Positions 19,201 to 29,172 of a stretch of 64,000 bases of DNA are shown here, in pieces. The notes under the pieces are model-generated. The model was not told the origin of the DNA, searched no databases, and saw nothing but the letters and a program-made list of their open reading frames with translations. Position numbers and translations under genes: made by a program. Within the stretch, counting starts at the first letter, position 1. Each line of letters begins with the position of its first letter. Origin of the DNA: Candidatus Aquitaenariimonas noxiae (GTDB lineage Bacteria; Omnitrophota; Gorgyraeia; Aquitaenariimonadales; Aquitaenariimonadaceae); assembly GCA_002780005.1 (NCBI GenBank), contig PEWV01000032.1:8123-72122 (forward strand), written 5' to 3'.

Positions 19201-19927
19201 CGACGGGCATCTATTAAAAATAAAAGGTTTGGTGAAGGAATACGGCGGAAGAAGAGTCGTGAATGAAGTCGACATATCCGTAGGCAGAGGAGAAATAGTA
19301 GGCCTTCTCGGGCCTAACGGGGCCGGCAAAACGACCACATTTTATATGGTTACGGGAATAATCGCCGCAGACAAAGGCAATATAATATTTGATAATAAAG
19401 ATATTACAAATTTTCCGATGTATAAAAGAGCTAAATGCGGAATAGGATACCTATCGCAGGAACCTTCTATATTCAGAAAGTTGACCGTTGAAGAAAATAT
19501 AATGGCTATATTGGAGACGCTAGGGCTTTCCTATAGAGAGCGAAAAAAAAGGTTGGAGGAACTTTTGGGAGAGCTCAAAATTTCCCATCTCAAGAGAAAC
19601 AAGGCCTATACCCTATCCGGAGGAGAAAGAAGAAGGCTCGAGATAACAAGGGCGCTCGTTACAAATCCGCTTTTTATACTTTTGGATGAGCCCTTTAGCG
19701 GCATAGATCCCATAGCCGTGTTTGAATGCCAGCAGATAATAAAAGAATTAAAAGAAAAAGGATTGGGCGTTCTTTTGACGGACCACAATGTAAGAGAAAC
19801 CCTCTCCATAACGGACAGGGCCTATATAATGGCCGACGGAAAGATCCTCATTTCAGGCAATAAAGACGAACTGATTACGAACCCAAAAGCCAGAGAAATT
19901 TATCTCGGCGAAAAATTCACCATGTAG
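19193..19927 (+). CDS. lptB: LPS export ABC transporter ATPase
   Basis: GLLGPNGAGKTTTFY, LSGGERRRLEI, LDEPFSGIDP, LTDHNVRETL; GGAG RBS at 19183. Confidence 0.96.
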   Translation: MNNDGHLLKIKGLVKEYGGRRVVNEVDISVGRGEIVGLLGPNGAGKTTTFYMVTGIIAADKGNIIFDNKDITNFPMYKRAKCGIGYLSQEPSIFRKLTVEENIMAILETLGLSYRERKKRLEELLGELKISHLKRNKAYTLSGGERRRLEITRALVTNPLFILLDEPFSGIDPIAVFECQQIIKELKEKGLGVLLTDHNVRETLSITDRAYIMADGKILISGNKDELITNPKAREIYLGEKFTM

Positions 19928-19934
19928 GGAAAAA

Positions 19935-21206
19935 ATGAAAACAAAAATGACGGAATTAAAAGGATGCAGGAGACTCTTGGAGATCGAAATACCCCAGGAA
20001 GAGGTAGAGAGCAAGTTTGCGGAGGTCTATAAAGAGATCCGAAAAGTTGCAAAGGTGCCGGGCTTTAGGCCGGGCAAGGCCCCCGAAGATATTATTGAAA
20101 AACATTACAAATCAGAAGCCGAAGAAGAGGTTTTAAAATCGCTGATCTCATCCTCATATGATGGAGCCGTAAGGGAGTTAAAAATTTCTCCCATAGAATT
20201 GCCTCAAATAGTCGATATAAAATTGGAAAGAGGCAAACCTTTTATATACAAAGCCGAGGTAGACACAAGGCCCGATATAAAAATAAAAAAATATAAAGGT
20301 CTAAAAGTTAATAAAAATAAACTGAATATAGGAAACGCCGAGATAGAAAAGGCGCTGTCCGAGCTCCTGGAGCTGAATGCAAAATTTGTTTCCGCTGAAA
20401 CACGCAATATCGCGGATGGTGTTTATACCGTGTGCGACTTGAAGTGCTTTGCCGATGGAAAGGAAATTTTTAAAAAAGACGCCCTGTGGCTGTCTGTGAA
20501 CGAGAATATGGGCATAAAAGATCTGCATAAGGGCATGCTGGGCATGAAGAAAGACGAAGAAAAAGGTATTGTCGCCCGGCTTCCGGAAAATTATCCGGAT
20601 AATACTTTAGCGAATAAAGATGTTATGTATAAGGTAAAGATCCGCGATGTAAAGGAAAAGAAGCTGCCAGCGCTTGATGATAACTTCGCTAAAGACCTTG
20701 GCAAGAACGATTTGGCCGAGCTCAAAGACGCCGTAAAAAAAGATCTGTCAAAACGCTCCGAGATCTCTATAAAAGAAGACATGAAGAAACAAATAATAGA
20801 CCAGCTTATTGAAAATTCCTCGTTTGAAGCGCCCGAATCGGTAGTGAACAAGCAGCTGGAAAGTATGGTAAGCGACACTAAAGACCGGATGTTATATCAA
20901 GGGATAAAAAAAGGGGATATAGAATCAAATGTTTCAAAAATAGAAGAACGGCTTAGGCCGCAGGCCGCCAGAGAGGTAAAGGCATTATTCTTGCTAAATG
21001 AAATAGCTAAAACAGAGAATGTACAGGTTGAACCCGCAGAGGTCGATAAGGCTATTGAAATTATTGCCAACCAGGTCAAAAAAGATAAAAAGAAATTATT
21101 GGAGGAATACGAGGAAAAGGACCTTCTGCAGAATATTATTGAACAGATCAGGGAAGAAAAAGTGATGGAGTTCTTGCTGAAAGAGGCTGAAATAACAGAA
21201 AAGTAG
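19935..21206 (+). CDS. tig: Trigger factor
   Basis: VPGFRPGKAP ribosome-binding motif, LPALDDNFAK; upstream of clpP. Confidence 0.94.
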   Translation: MKTKMTELKGCRRLLEIEIPQEEVESKFAEVYKEIRKVAKVPGFRPGKAPEDIIEKHYKSEAEEEVLKSLISSSYDGAVRELKISPIELPQIVDIKLERGKPFIYKAEVDTRPDIKIKKYKGLKVNKNKLNIGNAEIEKALSELLELNAKFVSAETRNIADGVYTVCDLKCFADGKEIFKKDALWLSVNENMGIKDLHKGMLGMKKDEEKGIVARLPENYPDNTLANKDVMYKVKIRDVKEKKLPALDDNFAKDLGKNDLAELKDAVKKDLSKRSEISIKEDMKKQIIDQLIENSSFEAPESVVNKQLESMVSDTKDRMLYQGIKKGDIESNVSKIEERLRPQAAREVKALFLLNEIAKTENVQVEPAEVDKAIEIIANQVKKDKKKLLEEYEEKDLLQNIIEQIREEKVMEFLLKEAEITEK

Positions 21207-21284
21207 TTAGTAGATAGTAGTTAGTAGTTAGGGAGGGTCATTTCTACCTTCTACCTAACCCCTGGCTGCTAACCCCTAACTACT
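21202..21284. repeat. Inverted heptamer-array hairpin (AGTAGTT)n ... (AACTACT-like)n between tig and clpP
   Basis: AGTAGTT AGTAGAT AGTAGTT AGTAGTT AGGGAGG ... TCTACCT TCTACCT AACCCCT GGCTGCT AACCCCT AACTACT; includes the tig stop codon. Confidence 0.82.
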
Positions 21285-21301
21285 AAATCAAGGAGGATGT
21301 G

Positions 21302-21898
21302 ATGAGTATCTTGATACCAATGGTGGTTGAGCAGACCGGAAGGGCGGAAAGGGCATACGATATCTATTCGCGCTTATTAAAAGATAGGATTGTTTTTATA
21401 GGCACTCCAATAGACGACAACGTTTCCAATATAGTCATTGCGCAACTTTTATTCCTTCAGATGGAGGACCCGGAAAAGGATATTAATATTTATATAAATA
21501 CCCCGGGCGGATCGGTTACAAGCGGTCTGGCAGTTTACGACACAATACAATTTATAAAACCGGATGTTAACACATACTGCATGGGCCAGGCTACCAGCAT
21601 GGGTGCCTTATTGCTCGCTGCAGGGACGAAAGGCAAAAGATACGCGTTACCGCATGCTAGGATCATGATCCACCAGCCTTGGGGAGGAGTGCAAGGCCAG
21701 GCGTCCGACATAGGGATACAGGCAAAAGAGATTTTGCGGTTGCGGGAAAAGATAAACGAACTTTTGGCTAAACATACAGGTCAGCCGATTGACAAGATCC
21801 AAAAGGACACCGATAGAGACTACTTCATGAGCGCGGATGAAGCCAAATTGTACGGCCTAGTGGACGATGTTGTAGTATCTATAAAGGCAAAGAAATAG
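21302..21898 (+). CDS. clpP: ATP-dependent Clp protease proteolytic subunit
   Basis: [31 protein letters not shown]; AGGAGG RBS. Confidence 0.98.
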   Translation: MSILIPMVVEQTGRAERAYDIYSRLLKDRIVFIGTPIDDNVSNIVIAQLLFLQMEDPEKDINIYINTPGGSVTSGLAVYDTIQFIKPDVNTYCMGQATSMGALLLAAGTKGKRYALPHARIMIHQPWGGVQGQASDIGIQAKEILRLREKINELLAKHTGQPIDKIQKDTDRDYFMSADEAKLYGLVDDVVVSIKAKK

Positions 21899-21922
21899 TA
21901 CTTAAGGAGATTCGTAACGGCT

Positions 21923-23236
21923 GTGAAAGATAAAGATTTGATCATAGGGGCCGGGATATCCGGCCTTTCTTGCGCCTGGGTTTTAAAGGACCGATGTATT
22001 GTTTTGGAAAAAGACGCCACTATAGGTGGCTTGGCGAAAACAAAGAAATTTAATGCCTTCCGATCCGATCTCGGAGGCCATAGGTTTTTTACAAAAAATG
22101 TAAATATAGAAAATTTTGTGCAAGACCTTATAAAAGGCGACTTGCTTAAGATACAGCGCAAAAGTAAAATATATCGAAACAAAAAATTTATAGATTATCC
22201 CTTAAAGGCCTCGGTCGCGCTTCATTTAAACCCCTTGGATGTTTTAATTTCTTTCTTTACCTATCTATTAAGGCGTATAAAACCCCTGCCCGAAGTCTCC
22301 TTTGAAGATGCCTCAAAAAATCGTTTCGGAGATAGGCTTTATGAGTTATTTTTTAAAGTTTATACGGAAAAGATATGGGGGGTCAGATGCGATAAGCTTT
22401 CAAAAGAATTTGTAGATGCAAGATTGCAGAATATTTCTCTAAAGCGGGTTATCATGCATGCCTTGCTGTCGAAACAAAAGGATATAAAATCTTTTGCCGA
22501 TGTTTTTATATATCCCAAAATGGGTATAAACGAGATAACCGAGGCGCTCTCGAAAGATCTAGAAATAAGGCTAAATTCGGAAGTAACCGGTTTTGTTCTT
22601 TCGAAAGATCGCATAGAAAAGGTGATCTTGAATAATTCTCATGAAACGGAATGCAAAAATGTTATCTCCACCATGCCCCTTACGGATTTGACAAGGCTTC
22701 TTGAGCCTCCTGAGGAGATCTGGGATAGCTTGAAAAGTTTGAAATTTAGAAGTTTGATCTATGTATTTTTGATATTGAAGAGAAAGAAATATAGCGATAA
22801 TCACTGGATATATTTTCCTGGCCCTCAGATTTTTGGAAGGCTTCACGAGCCGAAAAATTGGTCGCCTTTCATGGCACCGGAAGATAAAACAGGGGTCGGA
22901 GTAGAGGTATTTTGCTTCGAAAATGACGATGTCTGGAAAATGTCCGACCTGGAAATAGCCCATCAGGCTATAATGGAGCTGCCTCTTTTAAAAAAATTTG
23001 AAGTAGAAAACCATTTTGTAACTAGAATTGAAAATGCTTATCCTTTGTATGAAGTTGGGTATAAAGAAAAATTAGATAAAATTAAAAAGTTTTTGTCTTC
23101 ATATAGTAACCTCTTTATTTTAGGAAGGACAGGTTCCTTTAGTTATATCAATATGGATGCCTGCATTGAAGAAGGGTTGAAATTGGGATGTTTCTTAAAC
23201 AATGTTCCCGCTAAAGAAACCCCGACATTTATATAG
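21923..23236 (+). CDS. FAD-dependent oxidoreductase (UDP-galactopyranose mutase/protoporphyrinogen oxidase-like)
   Basis: IIGAGISGL, DLGGHRFFTK, YTEKIWG, WIYFP, GRTGSFSYINMD. Confidence 0.8.
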   Translation: MKDKDLIIGAGISGLSCAWVLKDRCIVLEKDATIGGLAKTKKFNAFRSDLGGHRFFTKNVNIENFVQDLIKGDLLKIQRKSKIYRNKKFIDYPLKASVALHLNPLDVLISFFTYLLRRIKPLPEVSFEDASKNRFGDRLYELFFKVYTEKIWGVRCDKLSKEFVDARLQNISLKRVIMHALLSKQKDIKSFADVFIYPKMGINEITEALSKDLEIRLNSEVTGFVLSKDRIEKVILNNSHETECKNVISTMPLTDLTRLLEPPEEIWDSLKSLKFRSLIYVFLILKRKKYSDNHWIYFPGPQIFGRLHEPKNWSPFMAPEDKTGVGVEVFCFENDDVWKMSDLEIAHQAIMELPLLKKFEVENHFVTRIENAYPLYEVGYKEKLDKIKKFLSSYSNLFILGRTGSFSYINMDACIEEGLKLGCFLNNVPAKETPTFI

Positions 23237-23335
23237 TAGGAATTGATACAAAATCATATAAAAGCTTAAACGCGTATCGTTATTCATTTAGCCTAGATTA
23301 AGCACAACAAAATTGATAGAACGAAAGGTATATTA

Positions 23336-24319
23336 ATGAATTGGTCAAAAAAAGTATTATTAATAACTGGTGGCACAGGTTCGTTTGGTCAGAAATTTGC
23401 CGAATTCATGCTGAAAAAGTACAAACCAAAAACGATAAGGGTATTCAGCCGGGACGAACTAAAGCAATGGGAGATGGCGAAAAAATTTAATAATAACTCA
23501 CAGATAAGATTTTTCATTGGTGATGTTAGGGAAAGAGATAGACTAGAACGGGCAATGGATGGTGCAGATATTGTCGTTCACGCCGCAGCCTTAAAACAGG
23601 TGCCTTTATGTGAATATAATCCCTTTGAAGCAGTAAAGACCAATATACTTGGCGCTCAGAATGTGATAAATGCAGCCATAGACTGCAATGTCGAAAAGAT
23701 AATAGCAATAAGTACAGATAAAGCAGTTAATCCAGTAAATTTATATGGTGCAACCAAGATGTGTATGGAAAAATTGTTTGTTGCTGCAAATTCTTACGTG
23801 GGGGACAAACATCGGACACGGATGAGTTGCGCTAGATATGGAAATGTCGTAGGTTCACGGGGGAGCGTTATACTCTTATTTGAAGAACAGAAATTAACTG
23901 GCACAATTACTGTTACTGATAAAAAAATGACTCGTTTCTGGATTGGTTTAGAACAAGGCGTAAAATTTGTAATTAGATGTATCGAAAAAATGTATGGAGG
24001 CGAAATTTTTGTACCAAAAATTTCCAGTATGAGGATTGTTGATGTGGCCAAAATAATGGCACCAAACTGTAAAATTAAATATGTTGGAATTAGACCAGGA
24101 GAGAAAATCCACGAGTGCCTCCTTACAGAAGATGAGGCAAGACACGCCGTAGAGTATAATGATTTTTTTGTAATTATACCTGGTAGTTCACTGTGGCCTT
24201 ATGAGAATTACTATGAAGATGGTAAAAAACTCCTTGATGGCTTCAGATATACCAGTGATTCCAATAAACGCCAGCTCACTAAAAAAGAATTGGAAAAAAT
24301 ATTAAAAGGATTGAAATGA
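23336..24319 (+). CDS. pseB: UDP-GlcNAc 4,6-dehydratase (inverting)
   Basis: TGGTGSFG, FSRDELKQ, HAAALKQVP..EYNPFE, STDKA.NP.NLYGATK, RYGNVVGSRGS, MTRFWI. Confidence 0.93.
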   Translation: MNWSKKVLLITGGTGSFGQKFAEFMLKKYKPKTIRVFSRDELKQWEMAKKFNNNSQIRFFIGDVRERDRLERAMDGADIVVHAAALKQVPLCEYNPFEAVKTNILGAQNVINAAIDCNVEKIIAISTDKAVNPVNLYGATKMCMEKLFVAANSYVGDKHRTRMSCARYGNVVGSRGSVILLFEEQKLTGTITVTDKKMTRFWIGLEQGVKFVIRCIEKMYGGEIFVPKISSMRIVDVAKIMAPNCKIKYVGIRPGEKIHECLLTEDEARHAVEYNDFFVIIPGSSLWPYENYYEDGKKLLDGFRYTSDSNKRQLTKKELEKILKGLK

Positions 24320-25473
24320 AGCGTATTCCTTATGGATGGCATACCATTGATAAAGAAGACATCAAGGCAGTAGTAGAGGTATTACAATCGAAACGGCTTA
24401 CGCAGGGCCCTACAATAAAAGAATTTGAAGAAGCTCTTTGCAAATATACGGGCGCTCAATATGCGGTGGCGGCATCAAGCGGAACGGCGGCGTTACACCT
24501 CGCTTGCATTGCAACAGAAATAAAAAAGACAGACGAGATAATAACTTCCCCCATAACTTTTGTTGCTTCAGCAAATTGCGCAGTATATTGTGGTGGAACG
24601 CCAGTATTTGCAGATATTCAGCCAGATACGGTAACCATTGACCCGCAAGAAATAAAAAAAAAGATTACCAAAAGAACAAAAGCTATAATTCCTGTCCATT
24701 TTTCTGGCCACCCTTGTGACTTAAGAGAAATTAAAGATATTGCAAAAAGATATAATTTAATAATTATCGAAGATGCCTGTCACGCATTAGGTGCGGAATA
24801 CAGAGGTACGAAAATCGGTTCCTGTACGTATTCAGACATGACGGTTTTTAGTTTTCATCCCATAAAATCAATTACCACCGGTGAAGGCGGCGCTGTTTTA
24901 ACTAATAGAAAAGATTTATATGAAAAACTCTTGCTGTTGCGGAATCATGGTATTACGAAAGAGAATTCAGAATTCAGAATTCAGAATTCAAAATTAATTG
25001 ACCCATGGTACTATGAAATGCAAGAGCTTGGTTTTAATTATAGAATTACTGATTTTCAATGCGCCTTAGGAATAGCCCAGTTAAAAAAAATAGATTCATT
25101 TTTACAGAAAAGAAGGAGAATAGCCGCTATTTATAATAGAGAATTGTTACACATCGAAGGCATCAACCTGCCAATAGAAAAACCATATGTAAAATCATCT
25201 TGGCATCTGTATTGTATAAGACTTAGTAACACAACTCAAAGAAGATTTGTATTTAATAGGTTGCAACAATCGGGCATCGGCGTTCAAGTCCATTATATCC
25301 CTGTCCATCTCCAGCCTTATTATAGAAAAAATTTTGGCTACAAAAAGAATGATTATCCAAAGGCAGAAGACTATTATAAGACCACAATTACTATCCCGCT
25401 GTTTCCGCGTTTGGATATAACTGCCGTTCACCGTATCATTTCTAAAATAAAAAAAGTTGTGAAAAATGCTTAA
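24316..25473 (+). CDS. pseC: UDP-4-amino-4,6-dideoxy-N-acetyl-altrosamine transaminase
   Basis: IPYG, LTQGP, EDACHALG, FSFHPIKSITTGEGG, LRNHGI, WYYEMQELGFNYRITDFQCALG. Confidence 0.92.
   Translation: MKRIPYGWHTIDKEDIKAVVEVLQSKRLTQGPTIKEFEEALCKYTGAQYAVAASSGTAALHLACIATEIKKTDEIITSPITFVASANCAVYCGGTPVFADIQPDTVTIDPQEIKKKITKRTKAIIPVHFSGHPCDLREIKDIAKRYNLIIIEDACHALGAEYRGTKIGSCTYSDMTVFSFHPIKSITTGEGGAVLTNRKDLYEKLLLLRNHGITKENSEFRIQNSKLIDPWYYEMQELGFNYRITDFQCALGIAQLKKIDSFLQKRRRIAAIYNRELLHIEGINLPIEKPYVKSSWHLYCIRLSNTTQRRFVFNRLQQSGIGVQVHYIPVHLQPYYRKNFGYKKNDYPKAEDYYKTTITIPLFPRLDITAVHRIISKIKKVVKNA
24962..24995 (+). repeat. Perfect heptamer array (AGAATTC)x4 plus partial unit inside pseC
   Basis: AGAATTC at 24962, 24969, 24976, 24983, then AAAATT; encodes ENSEFRIQNSK. 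Confidence 0.92.
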
Positions 25474-26470
25474 AGAATGGGACATAAGGCCAGAAAAAGC
25501 AGCACAACTACTAAATAGGTTGAGATTACAAGATATAAAGTCGCATTTTCTTGATGATAAAGGTAATATCATAAATAGTTACTTTCTGGAAGTTAAATGT
25601 CCTGCCTGCGGGAAGAGACGAAACTCTCAAAAGTTTAAAAAGGAAAGTTTCAGTTTTAAATGCTGCAGTAATTGCGGTACTTTGTATGTATCGCCAAGGC
25701 CTAAACCGCCTAAACTGCATGAATACTATAGGGATTCGGGATCAATCGCATTTTTTATTAAGGAGATTTTAGAAAAAACAGCCAAAGCCCGTAAAGAGAA
25801 AATTTTACTTCCTAAAGCCAAAAAAGCAATTTTTTATTTGAAAAAGTTTAGAGTTTCACGAAAACTATTGGTTGAAATTGGTGGCGGAAATGGGTTATTT
25901 CTTGAAACTATGAAAGAAATACGATCTGGGTTTAAAAGATATCTGAATATTGAACCATCCAAAGAAGGCGCGCGTTTAACGCAGAATAGGGGCTTCGACG
26001 TAATAGAAGACATTATTGAAAATGTAAAAGATTTGCATGCTGATTGTATTTGCGCTTTTGAACTTATCGAACATCTTTTCGACCCCCTTAGTTTTTGTAT
26101 TAAGATTAAAAGATTACTTAATAAAAATGGGATTTTTATATTGACTACTCCAAGCACAGAGGGTTTAGATCTCATGCTTTTGGGCAGAGATTCTGATAAT
26201 ATCAGCGCACCAAATCATCTAAATTATTTCAATATTCACTCGATTGAGATTTTACTTAAAAGGGCAGGATTAAAGACAGTCGCTATAGAAACGCCAGGCG
26301 TTTTAGATATAGATATTCTTAAAAACAAGGTTGTCAATGGTTATAAACTTGAAGATAGATACATTTCATTCTTACTAAAGCAACCCAACGAAGTTTTAGA
26401 AAAATTTCAGCTGTTTTTGCAACAAAATAAATTGAGCAGCCATATGTTTGTTGTAAATAAGAAAATATAA
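25466..26470 (+). CDS. Class I SAM methyltransferase with N-terminal Cys4 (zinc-ribbon-like) motif
   Basis: CPAC...CSNC, VEIGGGNG, FELIEH, PNHLNYF. Confidence 0.85.
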   Translation: MLKEWDIRPEKAAQLLNRLRLQDIKSHFLDDKGNIINSYFLEVKCPACGKRRNSQKFKKESFSFKCCSNCGTLYVSPRPKPPKLHEYYRDSGSIAFFIKEILEKTAKARKEKILLPKAKKAIFYLKKFRVSRKLLVEIGGGNGLFLETMKEIRSGFKRYLNIEPSKEGARLTQNRGFDVIEDIIENVKDLHADCICAFELIEHLFDPLSFCIKIKRLLNKNGIFILTTPSTEGLDLMLLGRDSDNISAPNHLNYFNIHSIEILLKRAGLKTVAIETPGVLDIDILKNKVVNGYKLEDRYISFLLKQPNEVLEKFQLFLQQNKLSSHMFVVNKKI

Positions 26471-26537
26471 ATCTATATGCACAAGACAGCTCTTTTAAGA
26501 AACACATTGAGATATAGAAATATCAAGGGATATTAAA

Positions 26538-27668
26538 ATGAAGCATTGCAAGAAATGCTTGATGCCCGATACGAGGCCCGGCTCCATCTTCGATGCAGAA
26601 GGTATTTGCCAGGCCTGCCGGAATTATGAGGAGAGAAAAAAAGTAAATTGGGAAGCAAGAAAAAAAGAGTTGCGTAGACTTTGCGATACTTACAGAAGAG
26701 ATGATGGCTATTACGATTGTATTATTCCTGTGAGCGGAGGTAAAGACAGCCATTTTCTTGTTCATACGATGAAGGTAGAAATGGGCATGAACCCAATTCT
26801 AATAACCGTAGGAGATCCGTTTACTAAAACAGAGGCAGGGGTAAGAAATTTTAAGAATTTAGGGGATACATTTAACTGTGACCATGTTTTATTCAATATA
26901 AGTGCCAATCTATTCAGAAGAGTTACGAAAATAGCATTTGAAGAGTTTGGAGAGCCTCTACGATTTGTGGAAACAGCAATATATACCGTTCCTTTCAAGT
27001 TAGCTGTTACATTAGAGGTGCCATTGATTATATTTGGAGAAAATTTTGCCTATGAATATGGGACCACGGATAAAGACGGCTACGCTGCAACGGGATATAT
27101 ATTCCAAATGTTTAAAAAAATAGATACTAATTTGTGGTTACAAAAAGGTATATCCAAGAAAGAATTTAATGCCATCACGCCACCCACAGATGAAGGATTG
27201 AGAAAGGTTAGACCCGAAGCGGTTTTTATGAGCTATTTTAGCCCTTGGAGTAGCATAACTCATCTTGAAGTTGCGAAAAGATATGGATTTAGAGATTTGA
27301 CGTATGAATGGAAAAGAGAAGGATGCGTTGAAGATTTTGAACAAATAGATTCGATGGGCTATATGGTACATTTGTGGATGAAGTACCCCAAATTTGGATT
27401 TCAGAGAACCTCTGATATCGTAAGCAGGCGCTTAAGAGAAGAAAGGCTCAGTTTGCCAGAGGCTAAGGAACTCATCATGCTCAATGACCACAAGTTAGAC
27501 AGACGCGCAATGGAAGATTTTATAAGTTTTTTAGGGTACACTCCAAAACAATTTTGGGAGATAGTTGATAAATTTTGGAACCGCGAAATATTTGAAAAAG
27601 TCGATGATGCATGGCGCTTAAAAGATTCTGCATATAAAGACGCAGCTCCAAGAGCAAAAAATGGTTAA
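26538..27668 (+). CDS. N-acetyl sugar amidotransferase (PseA/WbuX family)
   Basis: CKKCLMPDTRP, GICQAC, YDCIIPVSGGKDS (PP-loop), YPKFGF. Confidence 0.9.
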   Translation: MKHCKKCLMPDTRPGSIFDAEGICQACRNYEERKKVNWEARKKELRRLCDTYRRDDGYYDCIIPVSGGKDSHFLVHTMKVEMGMNPILITVGDPFTKTEAGVRNFKNLGDTFNCDHVLFNISANLFRRVTKIAFEEFGEPLRFVETAIYTVPFKLAVTLEVPLIIFGENFAYEYGTTDKDGYAATGYIFQMFKKIDTNLWLQKGISKKEFNAITPPTDEGLRKVRPEAVFMSYFSPWSSITHLEVAKRYGFRDLTYEWKREGCVEDFEQIDSMGYMVHLWMKYPKFGFQRTSDIVSRRLREERLSLPEAKELIMLNDHKLDRRAMEDFISFLGYTPKQFWEIVDKFWNREIFEKVDDAWRLKDSAYKDAAPRAKNG

Positions 27669-28302
27669 GGTTACCGTGCAGTTGAAAAAGTGGAAAAATA
27701 AGGTTGGTAAAGAGTATACCGATAGAAATAGTATTTCTTTAAATGATTTAGAAAAATTATACAAAAGCAATTTTGGAATAACCAGAACGGAATTGAATAA
27801 ATTATTTTTAGGTAGAATGGGTAGGGCTATTCGAATTCTCGAAGTAGGCTGTAATATCGGGAATCAGTTGCTTTGTTTGCAAAAAATGGGTTTTAAAAAT
27901 TTATATGGAATTGAACCGCAGGATTATGCAGTAGAAATTTCTAAAAAAAGAACTAAGGGCGTCAATATTATCAAAGGCGATGTTTTCGATATGCCATTTA
28001 AAGATAATTATTTTGATCTTATTTTTACCTCAGGTGTGCTTATACACATTAGTCGAAAACACATAACAAAAGCAATAAAAGAAATTTATAGGTGTAGCCG
28101 TAAATACATCTGGGGGTACGAGTATTATTCAAAAAAACGCAGAGAGATTCCGTTTAGAGGCAAAAGAAATTTCCTCTGGAAGGCAAATTTTATTGAGATT
28201 TATACAGATATTTTTCCTGATTTAAAACTCATAAAAGTTAAGTACCTCAAATATCTGAAAAACGATAATATGGATACAATGTTTCTTTTTAAGAAGGTTT
28301 AA
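27661..28302 (+). CDS. Pseudaminic acid biosynthesis-associated methyltransferase
   Basis: W....GKEYTDRN, ILEVGCNIGNQL, FTSGVLIHI, EYYS motifs; located in pse cluster. Confidence 0.85.
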   Translation: MVKVTVQLKKWKNKVGKEYTDRNSISLNDLEKLYKSNFGITRTELNKLFLGRMGRAIRILEVGCNIGNQLLCLQKMGFKNLYGIEPQDYAVEISKKRTKGVNIIKGDVFDMPFKDNYFDLIFTSGVLIHISRKHITKAIKEIYRCSRKYIWGYEYYSKKRREIPFRGKRNFLWKANFIEIYTDIFPDLKLIKVKYLKYLKNDNMDTMFLFKKV

Positions 28303-28308
28303 TAGCCG

Positions 28309-29172
28309 ATGAAAGTAGGAGCTATAATTCAAGCAAGAATGTCTTCGACAAGATTACCAGGTAAAGTTTTGAAAGAACTTCCTTATAATAGCGGCATTAC
28401 CGTCTTAGAGCAAGTAATTAGAAGATTAAAAAAGTCTAAAAACCTAAAGAAGATCGTAGTTGCTACTACAACTGAAAAAAGCGACAAGGTAATTATTAAT
28501 ATTGCAAAAAAAGAAAATATAAGATGTTTTAGGGGAAGCAAAGAAGATGTTTTGTCAAGATATTATTTTGCTGCTAAAGAGAACGATTTGGATGTTGTCG
28601 TAAGAATAACGGGTGACTGCCCTTGTGTCGATCCAGAAATCGTAGATTTAATTATAACAAAACATATAGAAGCCGAAGCCGATTTTACTACAAATTGCTT
28701 TAAAAGAACATATCCGCATGGATTAGATGTGGAATCATTTAACTTTAATATATTGAAAGAGGCCCATGCGAACGCTCATAACGCTTACGAGAAAGAACAT
28801 GTAACCCCCCATATTTATGGAAACCCCAATGTGTATAATATTATTCAAGTAGAAGCTCCTCGGGATCTTTATGCGCCTAAAATACGAATAACATTAGATA
28901 CCGAAGAAGATTACGCATTATTATGTGTGATATTTGACCACCTTTATATAAAAAATGAATATTTTAACGCTTATGATATCGTAAATCTTTTCAAAGAAAA
29001 ACCTTGGCTTTGTCTGATAAATAAAAAAAGCCTACAGAAGAAAGCATATAATTCATTTAAGGAAGAATGTCAACAAGCTATTAAAGCACTCGATTTACAT
29101 GGTCTAAAAAGAGTCAGCAATTTTCTTAGAAAACAATTGAATGAAGATCATAATCTTAACCGAAGGCGGTAA
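28309..29172 (+). CDS. pseF: CMP-nonulosonate synthetase, SpsF-type cytidylyltransferase (PseF role)
   Basis: IIQARMSSTRLPGKVL, RITGDCP, EHVTP, RITLDT.ED. Confidence 0.8.
   Translation: MKVGAIIQARMSSTRLPGKVLKELPYNSGITVLEQVIRRLKKSKNLKKIVVATTTEKSDKVIINIAKKENIRCFRGSKEDVLSRYYFAAKENDLDVVVRITGDCPCVDPEIVDLIITKHIEAEADFTTNCFKRTYPHGLDVESFNFNILKEAHANAHNAYEKEHVTPHIYGNPNVYNIIQVEAPRDLYAPKIRITLDTEEDYALLCVIFDHLYIKNEYFNAYDIVNLFKEKPWLCLINKKSLQKKAYNSFKEECQQAIKALDLHGLKRVSNFLRKQLNEDHNLNRRR

Noticed and set aside
18484-19338. 284-aa antisense ORF over lptC/lptB and other long antisense ORFs (440-961, 1673-2161, 11244-11726, 49299-49832)
   Set aside because: They shadow well-conserved sense genes and have no recognisable motifs.
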